Below, in pieces: positions 45,647-56,202 of a stretch of 64,000 nt of DNA. Positions within the stretch are counted from its first letter, which is position 1, and each line of letters begins with the position of its first letter. Under the pieces are notes generated by a model. The model had not been told where the DNA came from. It was given only the letters and a program-made list of their open reading frames with translations, and did not search any database. The DNA lies in contig JACKKN010000014.1 of NCBI GenBank assembly GCA_024236415.1, forward strand, positions 13,045-77,044. The letters are read 5' to 3'. The translations under genes and the position numbers were made by a program. Source of the DNA: Hyphomicrobiales bacterium. GTDB lineage: Bacteria > Pseudomonadota > Alphaproteobacteria > Rhodospirillales > JACKKN01.

Positions 45647-46009
45647 ATGGAAGAGGGGGCAGCCACCATCGGCGCGCTGGGCACCACGCTCTCGGTGTTC
45701 ATCGGCGTGACCGTGATCCTGGCCGGGTTCGCCAGCTACATGACCGGCCAGGCCCTGGCCAATACCTGGAAGCCGGGCTGGCAGGTGGTGGTCTATGGCT
45801 GCCTGCTGGGCTTCGCCGACCGGTTCCTGACCTTCGCCCTGTTCGGCGGCGAGCTGCTGTCCGTCTCGGGGTACGTGATCGACACCGGCGTGCTGCTGCT
45901 GATCGGCCTGTTCAGCTTCCGCTTCAACCAGGTACGCAAGATGACGGCCCAGTACCCCTGGATGTACGAACGGGCGGGGCTTTTCGCCTGGCGCGAGAAG
46001 GGCGGATGA
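45647..46009 (+). CDS. small integral membrane protein of unknown function, embedded in the liv cluster
   Basis: 120-aa ORF (ATG 45647; GAGGAGGG RBS 6 nt upstream) with three hydrophobic segments (TLSVFIGVTVILAGFASYM, VVVYGCLLGFADRFLTFALFGG, VIDTGVLLLIGLFSF). I believe similar small ORFs follow livF in other alphaproteobacteria, but I cannot verify this here. Confidence 0.55.
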   Translation: MEEGAATIGALGTTLSVFIGVTVILAGFASYMTGQALANTWKPGWQVVVYGCLLGFADRFLTFALFGGELLSVSGYVIDTGVLLLIGLFSFRFNQVRKMTAQYPWMYERAGLFAWREKGG

Positions 46010-46233
46010 CCGGCACCGCCGCGGCGGGGGCGCGGCAGGGGATGGCCACGGCCGGCTAAGTCACTGCAAAAGGCCGGCTTCGGGATGACAAATGCGCAAT
46101 AATTCTTGCTCAGCGGCCCACACATGATAACGTTCCGTCAGGTTGGCCCTGCGGTGCGGGGCCGCTGCGTTTGCCCACCCGGGAACCGGTGCGGTTGCAC
46201 CGGGCCCGATGGATTGTCCAGTACAGGGAGAGC

Positions 46234-47343
46234 ATGAAGAATATGCGGTACATCAAGACAGCACTCGCCGCCGCCGCCATCATGGCCGCCGGCATGACGT
46301 CCGCCCAGGCGGACATCAAGATCGCCACCGCCGGTCCCATGACCGGGCAATACGCCTCCTTCGGCGAGCAGATGCAGCGCGGCGCCGAGATGGCCGTGGC
46401 CGACATCAACGCCGCCGGCGGCGTCCTGGGCCAGAAGCTGGAATTGGAGATCGGCGACGACGCCTGCGACCCCAAGCAGGCCGTGGCCGTGGCCAACAAG
46501 ATGGTCAGCGACGGCGTGGTGTTCATGGCCGGGCACTTCTGCTCCGGCTCCTCGATCCCGGCCTCCAAGATCTACACCGAGGAAGGCATCGTCCAGATCT
46601 CGCCGGCCTCCACCAACCCGACCTTGACCGACGAGGGCGGCGACAACGTGTTCCGCACCTGCGGCCGTGACGACCAGCAGGGCATCGTCGCCGGCAACTA
46701 CCTGGCCGACCACTTCGGCAAGTCCAAGATCGCCATCCTGCACGACAAGACGGCCTACGGTAAGGGCCTGGCCGACGAGACCAAGGCCCAGCTGAACAAG
46801 CGCGGCATCAAGGAGACCATGTACGAGGCCTACACCGCCGGTGAAAAGGACTACTCGGCCCTGGTGTCCAAGATGAAGGCCGCCGGCGTGGGCGTCATCT
46901 ACCTGGGCGGCTACCACACCGAGGCCGGCCTGATCATCCGCCAGGCCCACGAGCAGGGCTACAAGCCGCAGATGGTCTCGGGCGACGCCCTGGTCACCGA
47001 CGAGTACTGGAAGATCACCGGCCCGTCGGGCGAGGGCACGCTGATGACCTTCAGCCCCGACCCGCGCAAGAACCCGATCGCCGCCCCGGTGGTGAAGAAG
47101 TTCCGCGACGGCGGCTACGAGCCGGAAGGCTACACGCTGTACACCTACGGCGCCATCCAGGCCTGGGCCCAGGCCGTGAACGCCGCCGGCGGCACCGACC
47201 CGGCAAAGGTGATCAAGGCCCTGCACGCGGGCCAGTTCGAGACCGTGCTGGGCAAGATCGGCTTCGACAAGAAGGGCGACGTGACCGCCCCCGGCTACGT
47301 GTTCTACGTCTGGAAGGACGGCAAGTACGACTACGTCAAGTAG
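46234..47343 (+). CDS. livK: branched-chain amino acid ABC transporter substrate-binding protein
   Basis: ORF 46171..47343 trimmed to the ATG at 46234 (AGGGAGAG RBS). MKNMRYIKTALAAAAIMAAGMTSAQA-DIKIATAGPMTGQYASFGEQMQRGAEMAVADINAAGGVLGQKLELEIGDDACDPKQAV is a canonical LivK/BraC family sequence. Confidence 0.9.
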   Translation: MKNMRYIKTALAAAAIMAAGMTSAQADIKIATAGPMTGQYASFGEQMQRGAEMAVADINAAGGVLGQKLELEIGDDACDPKQAVAVANKMVSDGVVFMAGHFCSGSSIPASKIYTEEGIVQISPASTNPTLTDEGGDNVFRTCGRDDQQGIVAGNYLADHFGKSKIAILHDKTAYGKGLADETKAQLNKRGIKETMYEAYTAGEKDYSALVSKMKAAGVGVIYLGGYHTEAGLIIRQAHEQGYKPQMVSGDALVTDEYWKITGPSGEGTLMTFSPDPRKNPIAAPVVKKFRDGGYEPEGYTLYTYGAIQAWAQAVNAAGGTDPAKVIKALHAGQFETVLGKIGFDKKGDVTAPGYVFYVWKDGKYDYVK

Positions 47344-47388
47344 GACGTGACCGGTTTCCGGGGCCAGCCATGGCCCCGGAACGCCAAG

Positions 47389-47417
47389 GGCCGGCGTGCG
47401 AACGCCGGCCTTTTTTT
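47389..47417 (+). terminator. rho-independent terminator downstream of livK
   Basis: GGCCGGCG-tgcgaa-CGCCGGCC (8-bp GC stem, 6-nt loop) followed directly by TTTTTTT (47411-47417). A second hairpin, CCGGGGCCA-gcca-TGGCCCCGG, lies just upstream (about 47357-47378). Confidence 0.75.
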
Positions 47418-47509
47418 GCGCCGCCGGCCTTTTTGTTGCTCCGAACGTGGATGGGCCACCGCCGGCTCAACGGCCGGTTTCGAACCAATTCCGGTGACTT
47501 GAGGGAGTT

Positions 47510-47980
47510 TTACTTGGCGCCGCGGCGCGTTGACTTGGGTTTTTCAGGGACCTGATCTTGCCCGTCGGCCTTGCGGCCCAAACCGATTTTCTTGGCGAAT
47601 TCGGATCGTTGTTTGGCGTAATTGGGCGAGACCATGGGATAGTCCGGCGGCAGGTTCCATTTCAGCCGGTACTCTTCCGGCGACATGCCGTAGTTGGTCC
47701 GCAGATGGCGCTTCAGCATCTTCAGCTTCTTCCCGTCCTCCAGGCAGACGATGTAGTCGTCGGTGACGGAACGGCGAACGGGAACAGCCGGCTTCGCGCT
47801 TTCCTTGCGGGTGGCCGTGTCGTCCGAGCTCAGGGTCTCGAGGGCGCCGAAAACGGTGGAAATGACATCGGGAATTTGGGCCGAGGTGACGTTGTTTTGG
47901 CTGACATAAGCGGCCACAATGTCGACAGCCATGCGCAGTAAATCTTCCCGCGAAACATTCTCAGTAATTTCGTCGCTCAT
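47510..47980 (-). CDS. mucR: MucR/Ros family zinc-finger transcriptional regulator
   Basis: 156-aa ORF. DLLRMAVDIVAAYVSQNNV...PAVPVRRSVTDDYIVCLEDGKKLKMLKRHLRTNYGMSPEEYRLKWNLPPDYPMVSPNYAKQRSEFAKKIGLG is the hallmark Ros/MucR C2H2-like region. Confidence 0.9.
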   Translation of the reverse strand: MSDEITENVSREDLLRMAVDIVAAYVSQNNVTSAQIPDVISTVFGALETLSSDDTATRKESAKPAVPVRRSVTDDYIVCLEDGKKLKMLKRHLRTNYGMSPEEYRLKWNLPPDYPMVSPNYAKQRSEFAKKIGLGRKADGQDQVPEKPKSTRRGAK

Positions 47981-48399
47981 ATGTCTGACCCGTGGTTCGA
48001 ATTATCGAGGATGTATATTGGGATAGTTGAGCAGCATAAGTCAACAGACTTTGTTTTCAATAAAATCGCAGATCGGGGCAGAAATATGGCGATTTTTGAT
48101 TTAACCCGCTTTTCAGTTCAATGTTTTCCGGCATCCTGCCCAACAAGGCACCGGTAAAATAAAAACCCCAGTTAAATGGAGCCTTATCGCCGCCGGGCAA
48201 ATGAAGGGGGTGGGCGGACAATAATTCTTGGCCGGGAAGGGTGATCCCGTCCTATTTCTGTGGATTATTTGGAAACGGATTCCCCCGGCCCGAACCGGGA
48301 ATTGGCGCCGCACCGACAGATTGTGGTGGCTTGGCACGGTCAGCCGACATATGGTATCAACATCCGAACACACGCCCACCATCCACAAGAAAAACCGAT
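47981..48399. promoter_or_regulatory. AT-rich divergent intergenic region between mucR and rpiB
   Basis: 419 nt without a credible ORF, visibly far more AT-rich than the rest of the window (for example ttgttttcaataaaatcgcagatc, gatttttgatttaaccc, ggtaaaataaaaacccc). It must contain the mucR and rpiB promoters. Confidence 0.5.
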
Positions 48400-48843
48400 A
48401 TGCCCAAAAACACCATCGCGATCGCCAGCGACCACGCCGGCTTTGACTTGAAGTACACCCTGAAACAGGACATCGCCGACCTGGGGTACGAGATCCTCGA
48501 CCTGGGCCCCGATGTCCCCGATTCCGTGGACTATCCCGACTACGGGTACGCCCTGGCCACGGCCATGAAGGACGGCCGCGCCACCATGGGCGTGCTGATC
48601 TGCGGCAGCGGCATCGGCATCAGCATCGCCGCCAACCGCTATCCCCAGATCCGCGCCGCCCTGGTCCACGACGCCATGGGCGCGCGCCTGGCGCGGGAAC
48701 ACAACGACGCCAACGTGGTCTGCTTCGGCGGCCGCATGATCGGCGCCGACGTGGCGCGGGACTGCCTGCGGGTGTTCCTGGACACCAAGTTCGCCGGCGG
48801 CCGGCACGAGCGCCGGGTCTATAAGCTGTCCAACCCGATCTGA
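48400..48843 (+). CDS. rpiB: ribose-5-phosphate isomerase B
   Basis: ORF 48241..48843 trimmed to the ATG at 48400. [36 protein letters not shown]...[28 protein letters not shown]...[12 protein letters not shown] is canonical RpiB/LacAB. Confidence 0.9.
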   Translation: MPKNTIAIASDHAGFDLKYTLKQDIADLGYEILDLGPDVPDSVDYPDYGYALATAMKDGRATMGVLICGSGIGISIAANRYPQIRAALVHDAMGARLAREHNDANVVCFGGRMIGADVARDCLRVFLDTKFAGGRHERRVYKLSNPI

Positions 48844-48902
48844 TCCGCAACCCACCCGGGCCCGCGGCCGTCGCGGTCCGGCATCGCCCAGGGACGACCG
48901 CC

Positions 48903-50213
<1,311 letters not shown>

Positions 50214-50248
50214 TCCACGGCTCGCCGCGAGTCTGAGGGGAGGGTACC

Positions 50249-50707
50249 ATGCGCTGCCCGTTCTGTGGCCACGACGACACCCAGGTGAAGGACTCCCGGC
50301 CGACGGAGGACAACGCCGCCATCCGCCGGCGGCGCTATTGCCCGGCCTGCGGGTCGCGCTTCACCACCTTCGAGCGGGTGCAACTGCGCGAACTGACGGT
50401 GCTGAAGTCCAACGGCGACAAGGTGCCCTTCGACCGCGACAAGCTGATCCGCTCGCTGCACATCGCCCTGCGCAAGCGGCCGGTGGAGGAGGAGCGCATC
50501 GAGCGCATCGCCAACGGCATCCAGCGCCGCCTGGAGACCCTGGGCGAGAACGAGATCCCGACCAAGGTCATCGGCGAGATGGTCATGGACAACCTGGCCG
50601 ACCTGGACCCGGTGGCCTACGTGCGCTTCGCCTCGGTCTACCGCAATTTCCGCGAGGCCAAGGATTTCGAGGACTTCATCGGAAACCTGGGTGGGCAAGA
50701 CGACTGA
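50249..50707 (+). CDS. nrdR: transcriptional repressor NrdR
   Basis: 152-aa [48 protein letters not shown] is the zinc ribbon, followed by an ATP-cone. Confidence 0.95.
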   Translation: MRCPFCGHDDTQVKDSRPTEDNAAIRRRRYCPACGSRFTTFERVQLRELTVLKSNGDKVPFDRDKLIRSLHIALRKRPVEEERIERIANGIQRRLETLGENEIPTKVIGEMVMDNLADLDPVAYVRFASVYRNFREAKDFEDFIGNLGGQDD

Positions 50708-51842
50708 TCCCGGCCCGACCGGCACACCCGGCGCCGTGGCCGCGGCGGCCGACGTCGATCACATGCGCGCGGCCCTGGCCCTGGCGCGCCGGGGCCTGGG
50801 GCGGGTCTGGCCCAACCCGGCGGTGGGCTGCGTGCTGGTCGATCCGGCCGGCAACGTGGTCGGCCGCGGCTGGACCCAGCCCGGCGGCCGCCCCCACGCC
50901 GAGACCGAGGCCCTGGCCCGCGCCGGTGCCGCCGCCCGCGGCGCCACCGCTTACGTGACCCTGGAGCCCTGCGACCACCACGGCCAGACCCCGCCCTGTT
51001 CCCAGGCCCTGGTGGCCGCCGGCATCGCCCGCGCCGTGGTCGCCCTGACCGACCCGGACCCGCGGGTGGACGGCGGCGGCCTGGCCACCCTGCGCGGCGC
51101 CGGGATCGCGGTGCTGGACGGGGTCGAGGCCGCGGCGGCGGCCGAGGTCAACGCCGGTTTCCTGCTGCGCCTGGCCGCCGGGCGGCCGCTGTTCACCCTC
51201 AAGTCGGCGACCACCCTGGACGGGCGCATCGCCACCGCCGGCGGCGACAGCAAGTGGATCACCGGGCCCCGGGCACGGGCCGCCGGGCACCAGTTGCGGG
51301 CCGGCCACGACGCCATCATGGTCGGCATCGGCACCGCCCTGGCCGACGACCCGGACCTGACCGTGCGCCTGCCGGGGCTGGAGGACCGCTCGCCGGTGCG
51401 GGTGGTGGTGGACAGCGCCCTGCGCCTGCCGCCCGGCGGCCGCCTGGCCGCCACCGCCGCGGCCGTGCCCACCTGGGTCGCCACCACGTCCGGCGACGGC
51501 GCCCGGCGCCGGGCCCTGGAGGAACGGGGGGTCCAGGTGCTGGACGTGGCCGCGGGACCCGACGGGCGGCCCGACCCGGCGGCCCTGGCCGGCGTCCTGG
51601 GCGGGCGCGGCCTGACCCGGGTCCTGATCGAGGGCGGCGGCCGGCTGGCGGCGTCCTTCCTGGGCGCCGGGCTGGTGGACCGGGTGGCCTGGTTCCGGGC
51701 CGGACGCATCATCGGCGGCGATGGGGTTTCCGCGGTGGGGCCTTTTGGTGTAAATGCTCTCGCGGACGCGCCCGCCTTCGAACGCCGCTCCGTGCGGGAG
51801 CTGGGCGCGGACATCCTGGAAACCCTGATCCGAACCTCCTGA
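50691..51842 (+). CDS. ribD: bifunctional riboflavin biosynthesis deaminase/reductase
   Basis: 383-aa ORF (GTG start, overlapping the nrdR end by 17 nt; the start is uncertain). Deaminase motifs are [16 protein letters not shown] and [16 protein letters not shown]. The reductase half has [11 protein letters not shown]. Confidence 0.9.
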   Translation: MGKTTDPGPTGTPGAVAAAADVDHMRAALALARRGLGRVWPNPAVGCVLVDPAGNVVGRGWTQPGGRPHAETEALARAGAAARGATAYVTLEPCDHHGQTPPCSQALVAAGIARAVVALTDPDPRVDGGGLATLRGAGIAVLDGVEAAAAAEVNAGFLLRLAAGRPLFTLKSATTLDGRIATAGGDSKWITGPRARAAGHQLRAGHDAIMVGIGTALADDPDLTVRLPGLEDRSPVRVVVDSALRLPPGGRLAATAAAVPTWVATTSGDGARRRALEERGVQVLDVAAGPDGRPDPAALAGVLGGRGLTRVLIEGGGRLAASFLGAGLVDRVAWFRAGRIIGGDGVSAVGPFGVNALADAPAFERRSVRELGADILETLIRTS

Positions 51843-51854
51843 AAGTTCCGCATC

Positions 51855-52442
51855 ATGTTCACCGGCATCATCACGGACCTGGGCCACGTCCGGGCGGTCG
51901 ACCGCCCCGGCGACACCCGGTTCGAGTTCTCCACCCGTTACGACACCGGCGGCATCGACATCGGCGCCTCCATCTGCTGTTCCGGCGCCTGCATGACCGT
52001 GGTCGAGAAGGGACCCGGCTGGTTCGCCATCATGGCCTCGGCGGAATCGCTTTCGAAAACCACCATGGGCTCCTGGGCCGTGGACACCCCGGTGAACTTC
52101 GAGCGCGCCCTGGCGGTGGGCGACGAGCTGGGCGGGCACATCGTGTCGGGCCACGTGGACGGGGTCGGCCGGGTCGTGTCGGTGACCCCCGAGGGCGATT
52201 CCAAACGCTTCGTGTTCGAGGTGCCCGAGGGCCTGAAGCGGTTCATCGCGCCCAAGGGGTCGGTCGCCGTGGACGGCGTGTCGCTGACCGTCAACGAGGT
52301 CGACGGCGCCCGCTTCGGCGTCAACATCATCCCCCACACCCAGGAGGTGACGACCCTTGGAAAACTGGGTCCGGGCGATGCCGTAAACCTGGAAATCGAC
52401 ATGCTGGCGCGGTATGTTGCGCGGCTTTTGGAAAGGGACTGA
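51855..52442 (+). CDS. ribE: riboflavin synthase (alpha chain)
   Basis: 195-aa ORF. MFTGIITDLGHV... and the internal repeat ...GHIVSGHVDGVG... SVAVDGVSLTV are typical. Confidence 0.9.
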   Translation: MFTGIITDLGHVRAVDRPGDTRFEFSTRYDTGGIDIGASICCSGACMTVVEKGPGWFAIMASAESLSKTTMGSWAVDTPVNFERALAVGDELGGHIVSGHVDGVGRVVSVTPEGDSKRFVFEVPEGLKRFIAPKGSVAVDGVSLTVNEVDGARFGVNIIPHTQEVTTLGKLGPGDAVNLEIDMLARYVARLLERD

Positions 52443-52445
52443 TCC

Positions 52446-53576
52446 GTGCCGCACAGCGACTACCTCTCGTCCGTCGAGGAAATCATCGAGGACGCCCGCA
52501 ACGGGCGCATGTTCATCCTGGTCGACGACGAGGAGCGGGAGAACGAGGGCGACCTGGTGATCCCCGGCCAGATGGCCACGCCGGACGCCATCAACTTCAT
52601 GGCCAAGCACGGCCGCGGCCTGATCTGCCTGGCCCTGACCGCCGAACGGGTCAAGGAGCTGGAGCTGCCGCGCATGGCGCGCAGCAACGAGTCCCGCCAC
52701 GAGACCAACTTCACGGTGTCGATCGAGGCGCGCGAGGGCGTGACCACCGGCATCTCGGCCTCGGACCGGGCGCGCACCATCGCCGTGGCCATCGACGGAT
52801 CGAAGGGCGCGCGCGACATCGTGTCGCCGGGCCACGTCTTTCCCCTGGAGGCCCAGGACGGCGGCGTGCTGGTGCGCACCGGGCACACCGAGGCGGCGGT
52901 GGACGTGTCGCGCCTGGCCGGGCTGAACCCGTCGGGCGTGATCTGCGAGATCATGAACGAGGACGGCACCATGGCCCGCATGCCGGACCTGGTGGCCTTC
53001 GCCCAGCACCACGGCCTCAAGATCGGCACCATCGCCGACCTGATCGCCTACCGCCTGCGCCACGACCGCATCGTCGCCTGCAACCTGGAGACCACCCTGC
53101 ACAGCGCCTACGGCGGCGAGTTCCGCATGTCCGTCTACGTCAACAAGACCGCCTATGCCGAGCACATCGCCCTGATCAAGGGCGACGTGCAGACGGACGA
53201 GCCGGTGCTGGTGCGCATGCATGCCCTGAACGTGCTGGACGACGTGCTGGGCGACCACGACGGCGGCAAGGCCGGCGAGCTGCACCGCGCCATGTCCCTG
53301 GTCGGCGAGGCCGGCCGCGGCGTGGTGGTGCTGATCCGCGAACCCAACCGGCACAGCCTGTCGGCGCGCCTGCGCGCCAAGATGGGCCAGGCCGTGGAGC
53401 CGCAGCAGACCGGCAGCGAACTGCGCGCCTATGGCGTCGGCGCGCAGATCCTGCTCGACCTGGGGGTCAAGAACATGATCCTGCTGTCCAACACTCGGCG
53501 CACCATCGTCGGCCTGGAGGGGTACGGCCTGAAGGTCGTCGAACAGCGCCCGATCCCCGCCGACAAGACCCCCTGA
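52446..53576 (+). CDS. ribBA: 3,4-dihydroxy-2-butanone-4-phosphate synthase fused to a GTP cyclohydrolase II-like domain
   Basis: 376-aa ORF (GTG start). DHBP synthase motifs are VDDEERENEGDLVIPG, GLICLA and RTGHTEAAVDVSRLAG. The C-terminal GCH-II-like half has LLSNTRRTIVGLEGYGLKV. Confidence 0.9.
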   Translation: MPHSDYLSSVEEIIEDARNGRMFILVDDEERENEGDLVIPGQMATPDAINFMAKHGRGLICLALTAERVKELELPRMARSNESRHETNFTVSIEAREGVTTGISASDRARTIAVAIDGSKGARDIVSPGHVFPLEAQDGGVLVRTGHTEAAVDVSRLAGLNPSGVICEIMNEDGTMARMPDLVAFAQHHGLKIGTIADLIAYRLRHDRIVACNLETTLHSAYGGEFRMSVYVNKTAYAEHIALIKGDVQTDEPVLVRMHALNVLDDVLGDHDGGKAGELHRAMSLVGEAGRGVVVLIREPNRHSLSARLRAKMGQAVEPQQTGSELRAYGVGAQILLDLGVKNMILLSNTRRTIVGLEGYGLKVVEQRPIPADKTP

Positions 53577-53600
53577 ACCTGAACCAAGGGTGACCCAGCC

Positions 53601-54065
53601 ATGAGCGACACGCCCAACATCCTGATCATCGAGGCCCGCTTCTACGAGGACATCACCGACGAGCTGGCGCGCGGCGTGATCCAGGTCCTGGACGACGCCG
53701 GCGTGGGGTACGAGCGCATCGCCGTGCCGGGCGTGTTCGAGATTCCGGCCGCCATGCGCTTCGCCATCCGCGCCATGGAGATCCAGTCCGCCGCGCACCG
53801 CTATTCGGGGTTCATCACGCTGGGCTGCGTCATCCGCGGCGAGACCGACCACTACGACCACATCTGCCGCGAGTCGAGCCGGGCCCTGATGGAGCTGACC
53901 ACCGAGTTCTGCGTCGCCCACGGCTGGGGGGTGCTGACCTGCGAGGATTACGAGCAGGCCCGGGTGCGCGCGTCGGTCGAGCAGAAGAACAAGGGCGCCG
54001 ACGCCGCCGTGGCCTGCCTGCGCATGATGGCAATCAAGAAACAGATGCGCCTGTCGCCGCAATGA
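53601..54065 (+). CDS. ribH: 6,7-dimethyl-8-ribityllumazine synthase
   Basis: 154-aa ORF with ILIIEARFYEDITDELARGV...VPGVFEIPAA...GCVIRGETDHYDHI. Confidence 0.95.
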   Translation: MSDTPNILIIEARFYEDITDELARGVIQVLDDAGVGYERIAVPGVFEIPAAMRFAIRAMEIQSAAHRYSGFITLGCVIRGETDHYDHICRESSRALMELTTEFCVAHGWGVLTCEDYEQARVRASVEQKNKGADAAVACLRMMAIKKQMRLSPQ

Positions 54066-54616
54066 GCAAGGGTGCCACCGCCCGCAGCCGATCGGTCGCC
54101 CGGCTGTGCGCCGTCCAGGCGCTGTACGAGCTGGACATCACCGGCGCGCCGGTGGACCCGGTGCTGACCATGTTCATGCAGGACCGCTGGGACCTGGCCG
54201 GCGGCGTGGCCGGCGACGGCGACCTGGATGATGACGACGACGCCGCCTTCGCCCGGCCGCGGCCGGTGTTGCCGCCGGCGAAGATGAAGCGGCCCGAAAC
54301 GGGCCTGCTGGCCGACCTGGTGCGCGGGGTCGAGGCCCGGCGCGGCGAGCTGGACGAGATGCTGATGGGCGGCCTGGAGCAGGACCGCCCCGTCGCCCGG
54401 CTCGAGGTCCTGGTGCGGGCCATCCTGCGCGCCGGCGCCTACGAGTTGCTGACCCAGGCCAAGACGCCGGCCAAGGTGGTGATCACCGAATACGTGGACG
54501 TGGCGCGGTCGTTCTTCACCGGCCCCGAACCGGGGCTGGTCAACGCAGTCCTCGACAAGCTGGCGCGGGTACTGCGCGCCGAGGAATTCGAGGACACGCG
54601 ACCGCGCGGGGCCTGA
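54062..54616 (+). CDS. nusB: transcription antitermination factor NusB
   Basis: 184-aa ORF with a 4-nt overlap with ribH. ARSRSVARLCAVQALYELDI... and LEVLVRAILRAGAYELL...VVITEYVDVARSF...GLVNAVLDKLAR match NusB. It contains an acidic insertion. Confidence 0.9.
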   Translation: MSKGATARSRSVARLCAVQALYELDITGAPVDPVLTMFMQDRWDLAGGVAGDGDLDDDDDAAFARPRPVLPPAKMKRPETGLLADLVRGVEARRGELDEMLMGGLEQDRPVARLEVLVRAILRAGAYELLTQAKTPAKVVITEYVDVARSFFTGPEPGLVNAVLDKLARVLRAEEFEDTRPRGA

Positions 54617-54620
54617 CGCC

Positions 54621-55640
54621 GTGGGCGCCGGTGGCAACCGAGGCGACGGCCAGGGCGAGTTCGCGATCATCGCCCGCCATTTCGCGCCCCTGGCCGCCGG
54701 CGAACCCGGGGCGCTGGGCCTGCTGGACGACGCCGCCGTTCTGGATATCCCGCCCGGCCAGCAGGTGGTGGTGACCACCGATTGCCTGGTCGCCGGCGTG
54801 CACTTCCTGGCCGAGGCCACGGCGGCCGAGGTGGCGCACCGGGCGCTGGCCGTTAACCTGTCGGACCTGGCCGCCATGGGGGCCGCGCCCCGGGCCTACA
54901 CCCTGGCCCTGGCCCTGCCCGAAAACCTCAGAAAATCAGAGGACTGGATCGCGGCTTTCAGCGAAACCCTGAACGCCGTCCAGGGCGAGTTCGGGATTGT
55001 CCTGGCGGGCGGCGACACCGTGTCCACACCGGGGCCGCTGACCGTGACGGTCACCGCCCTGGGCACCGTGGCGGCCGGCCGCGCGCTGCGCCGGGGCGGC
55101 GCCGCGGCGGGCGAGGGGGTCTTCGTCTCGGGCACCGTCGGCGACGCCGCCCTGGGCCTGCGGGTGTTGCGCGGCGGCCTGGGAGACCTTGCCGAAGACC
55201 ACCGCGCCTTCCTGGCCGAGCGCCACCGCCGGCCGACGCCGCGCCTGGCCCTGGGCCGGGCCCTGGTCGGGCTGGCCACGGCCGCCGCCGACGTGTCCGA
55301 CGGCCTGCTGGCGGACCTGGGCCACATCTGCGAAGCCTCGGGCCTAGCGGCGCGGGTGGAGGCGGCGCGGGTGCCCCTGTCGCCGGCGGCGCGGGCCGCC
55401 GTGGACGGCGACCCCGCCCTGCTGGCCGAGGTGCTGACCGGCGGCGACGACTACGAGCTGGTGTTCACCCTGCCCGACGGCGCCGTGGACGAGGCCCGGC
55501 GCCGGGCCGCCGGCCTGGGTCTGGCCATCACCGCCATCGGCCGCACGGCGCCGGCGGGCGCGGCGGGGGCGGGGGTCGCGGCCGTGGACCGGGATGGCGC
55601 GCCCCTGGCTCTGGCGGCCACGGGGTACCGCCATTTCTGA
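54621..55640 (+). CDS. thiL: thiamine-monophosphate kinase
   Basis: 339-aa ORF (GTG start). GEFAIIARHFAP...DDAAVL...VVTTDCLVAGVHF...LAVNLSDLAAMGA is a typical ThiL/AIR-synthase-like fold. Confidence 0.9.
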   Translation: MGAGGNRGDGQGEFAIIARHFAPLAAGEPGALGLLDDAAVLDIPPGQQVVVTTDCLVAGVHFLAEATAAEVAHRALAVNLSDLAAMGAAPRAYTLALALPENLRKSEDWIAAFSETLNAVQGEFGIVLAGGDTVSTPGPLTVTVTALGTVAAGRALRRGGAAAGEGVFVSGTVGDAALGLRVLRGGLGDLAEDHRAFLAERHRRPTPRLALGRALVGLATAAADVSDGLLADLGHICEASGLAARVEAARVPLSPAARAAVDGDPALLAEVLTGGDDYELVFTLPDGAVDEARRRAAGLGLAITAIGRTAPAGAAGAGVAAVDRDGAPLALAATGYRHF

Positions 55641-55743
55641 CGCCGCAGGGCCCGGGGCCGCTTCCACCGCCGCGGCATTCCGGGAATAATGGGGGAAGAT
55701 TCGGAACCGTCCGGGGGCCGGCCCGCGCCGGCGACTGCCGCCC

Positions 55744-56202
55744 ATGAAGAAGCTCGTGATCCTGGTCGTGTTGGTGCTGGTCCTGGCCGGGGCCGGGGGG
55801 GCGGCCCTCTTTTTCCTCAAGCTGGGCCCGTTCGCGCCGCCGCCGGGCGCCAAGTCGGCGGCGGCCCCGGCGCCCAAGCCCGATCCGCCCCGGTTCATCC
55901 CCATGTCGGCCATGTCGGTGCCCATCTTCCAGGGCGACCGGGTGGTCGCCACCATCCAGTTCGAGATCGTGCTGGAAACCCGGGACCCCGAGGTGGAATA
56001 CGCGGTCAAGAAGGACCAGGTGCGCCTGAAGGACGCCTTCCTGCGCGACCTGCACGGCTTCATGCCGCGGCTGCTGCGCGACGCCGACAACATCGACCTG
56101 CTGGTGCTGAAGAAGCGGCTCAAGATGGTGGCCGACCGCACCCTGGGCGAGGGCAAGATCAGCGACGTGCTGATCCAGTCCGTGACCCAGCAGGGCGGGT
56201 GA
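55744..56202 (+). CDS. single-pass membrane protein, FliL-like
   Basis: 152-aa ORF. An N-terminal TM (MKKLVILVVLVLVLAGAGGAALFF) and a Pro-rich linker are followed by the pattern ...FIPMSAMSVPIFQGDRVVATIQFEIVLETRD...VRLKDAFLRDL..., reminiscent of FliL family proteins. There are no flagellar genes nearby. Weak, pattern-only call. Confidence 0.4.
   Translation: MKKLVILVVLVLVLAGAGGAALFFLKLGPFAPPPGAKSAAAPAPKPDPPRFIPMSAMSVPIFQGDRVVATIQFEIVLETRDPEVEYAVKKDQVRLKDAFLRDLHGFMPRLLRDADNIDLLVLKKRLKMVADRTLGEGKISDVLIQSVTQQGG

Noticed and set aside
50214-53600. Looked for an FMN riboswitch (and a glycine/THF-type element before glyA) in the rib/glyA string
   Set aside because: The intergenic gaps are too short: 35 nt before nrdR, an overlap at nrdR-ribD, then 12, 3 and 24 nt between the rib genes. 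The 59 nt before glyA show no recognisable riboswitch core.
50676-54062. 1128-aa minus-strand ORF covering ribD-ribE-ribBA-ribH
   Set aside because: It is antisense to five canonical housekeeping genes, and its composition is dominated by Gly/Ala/Arg/His with no recognisable domain. GC artefact.
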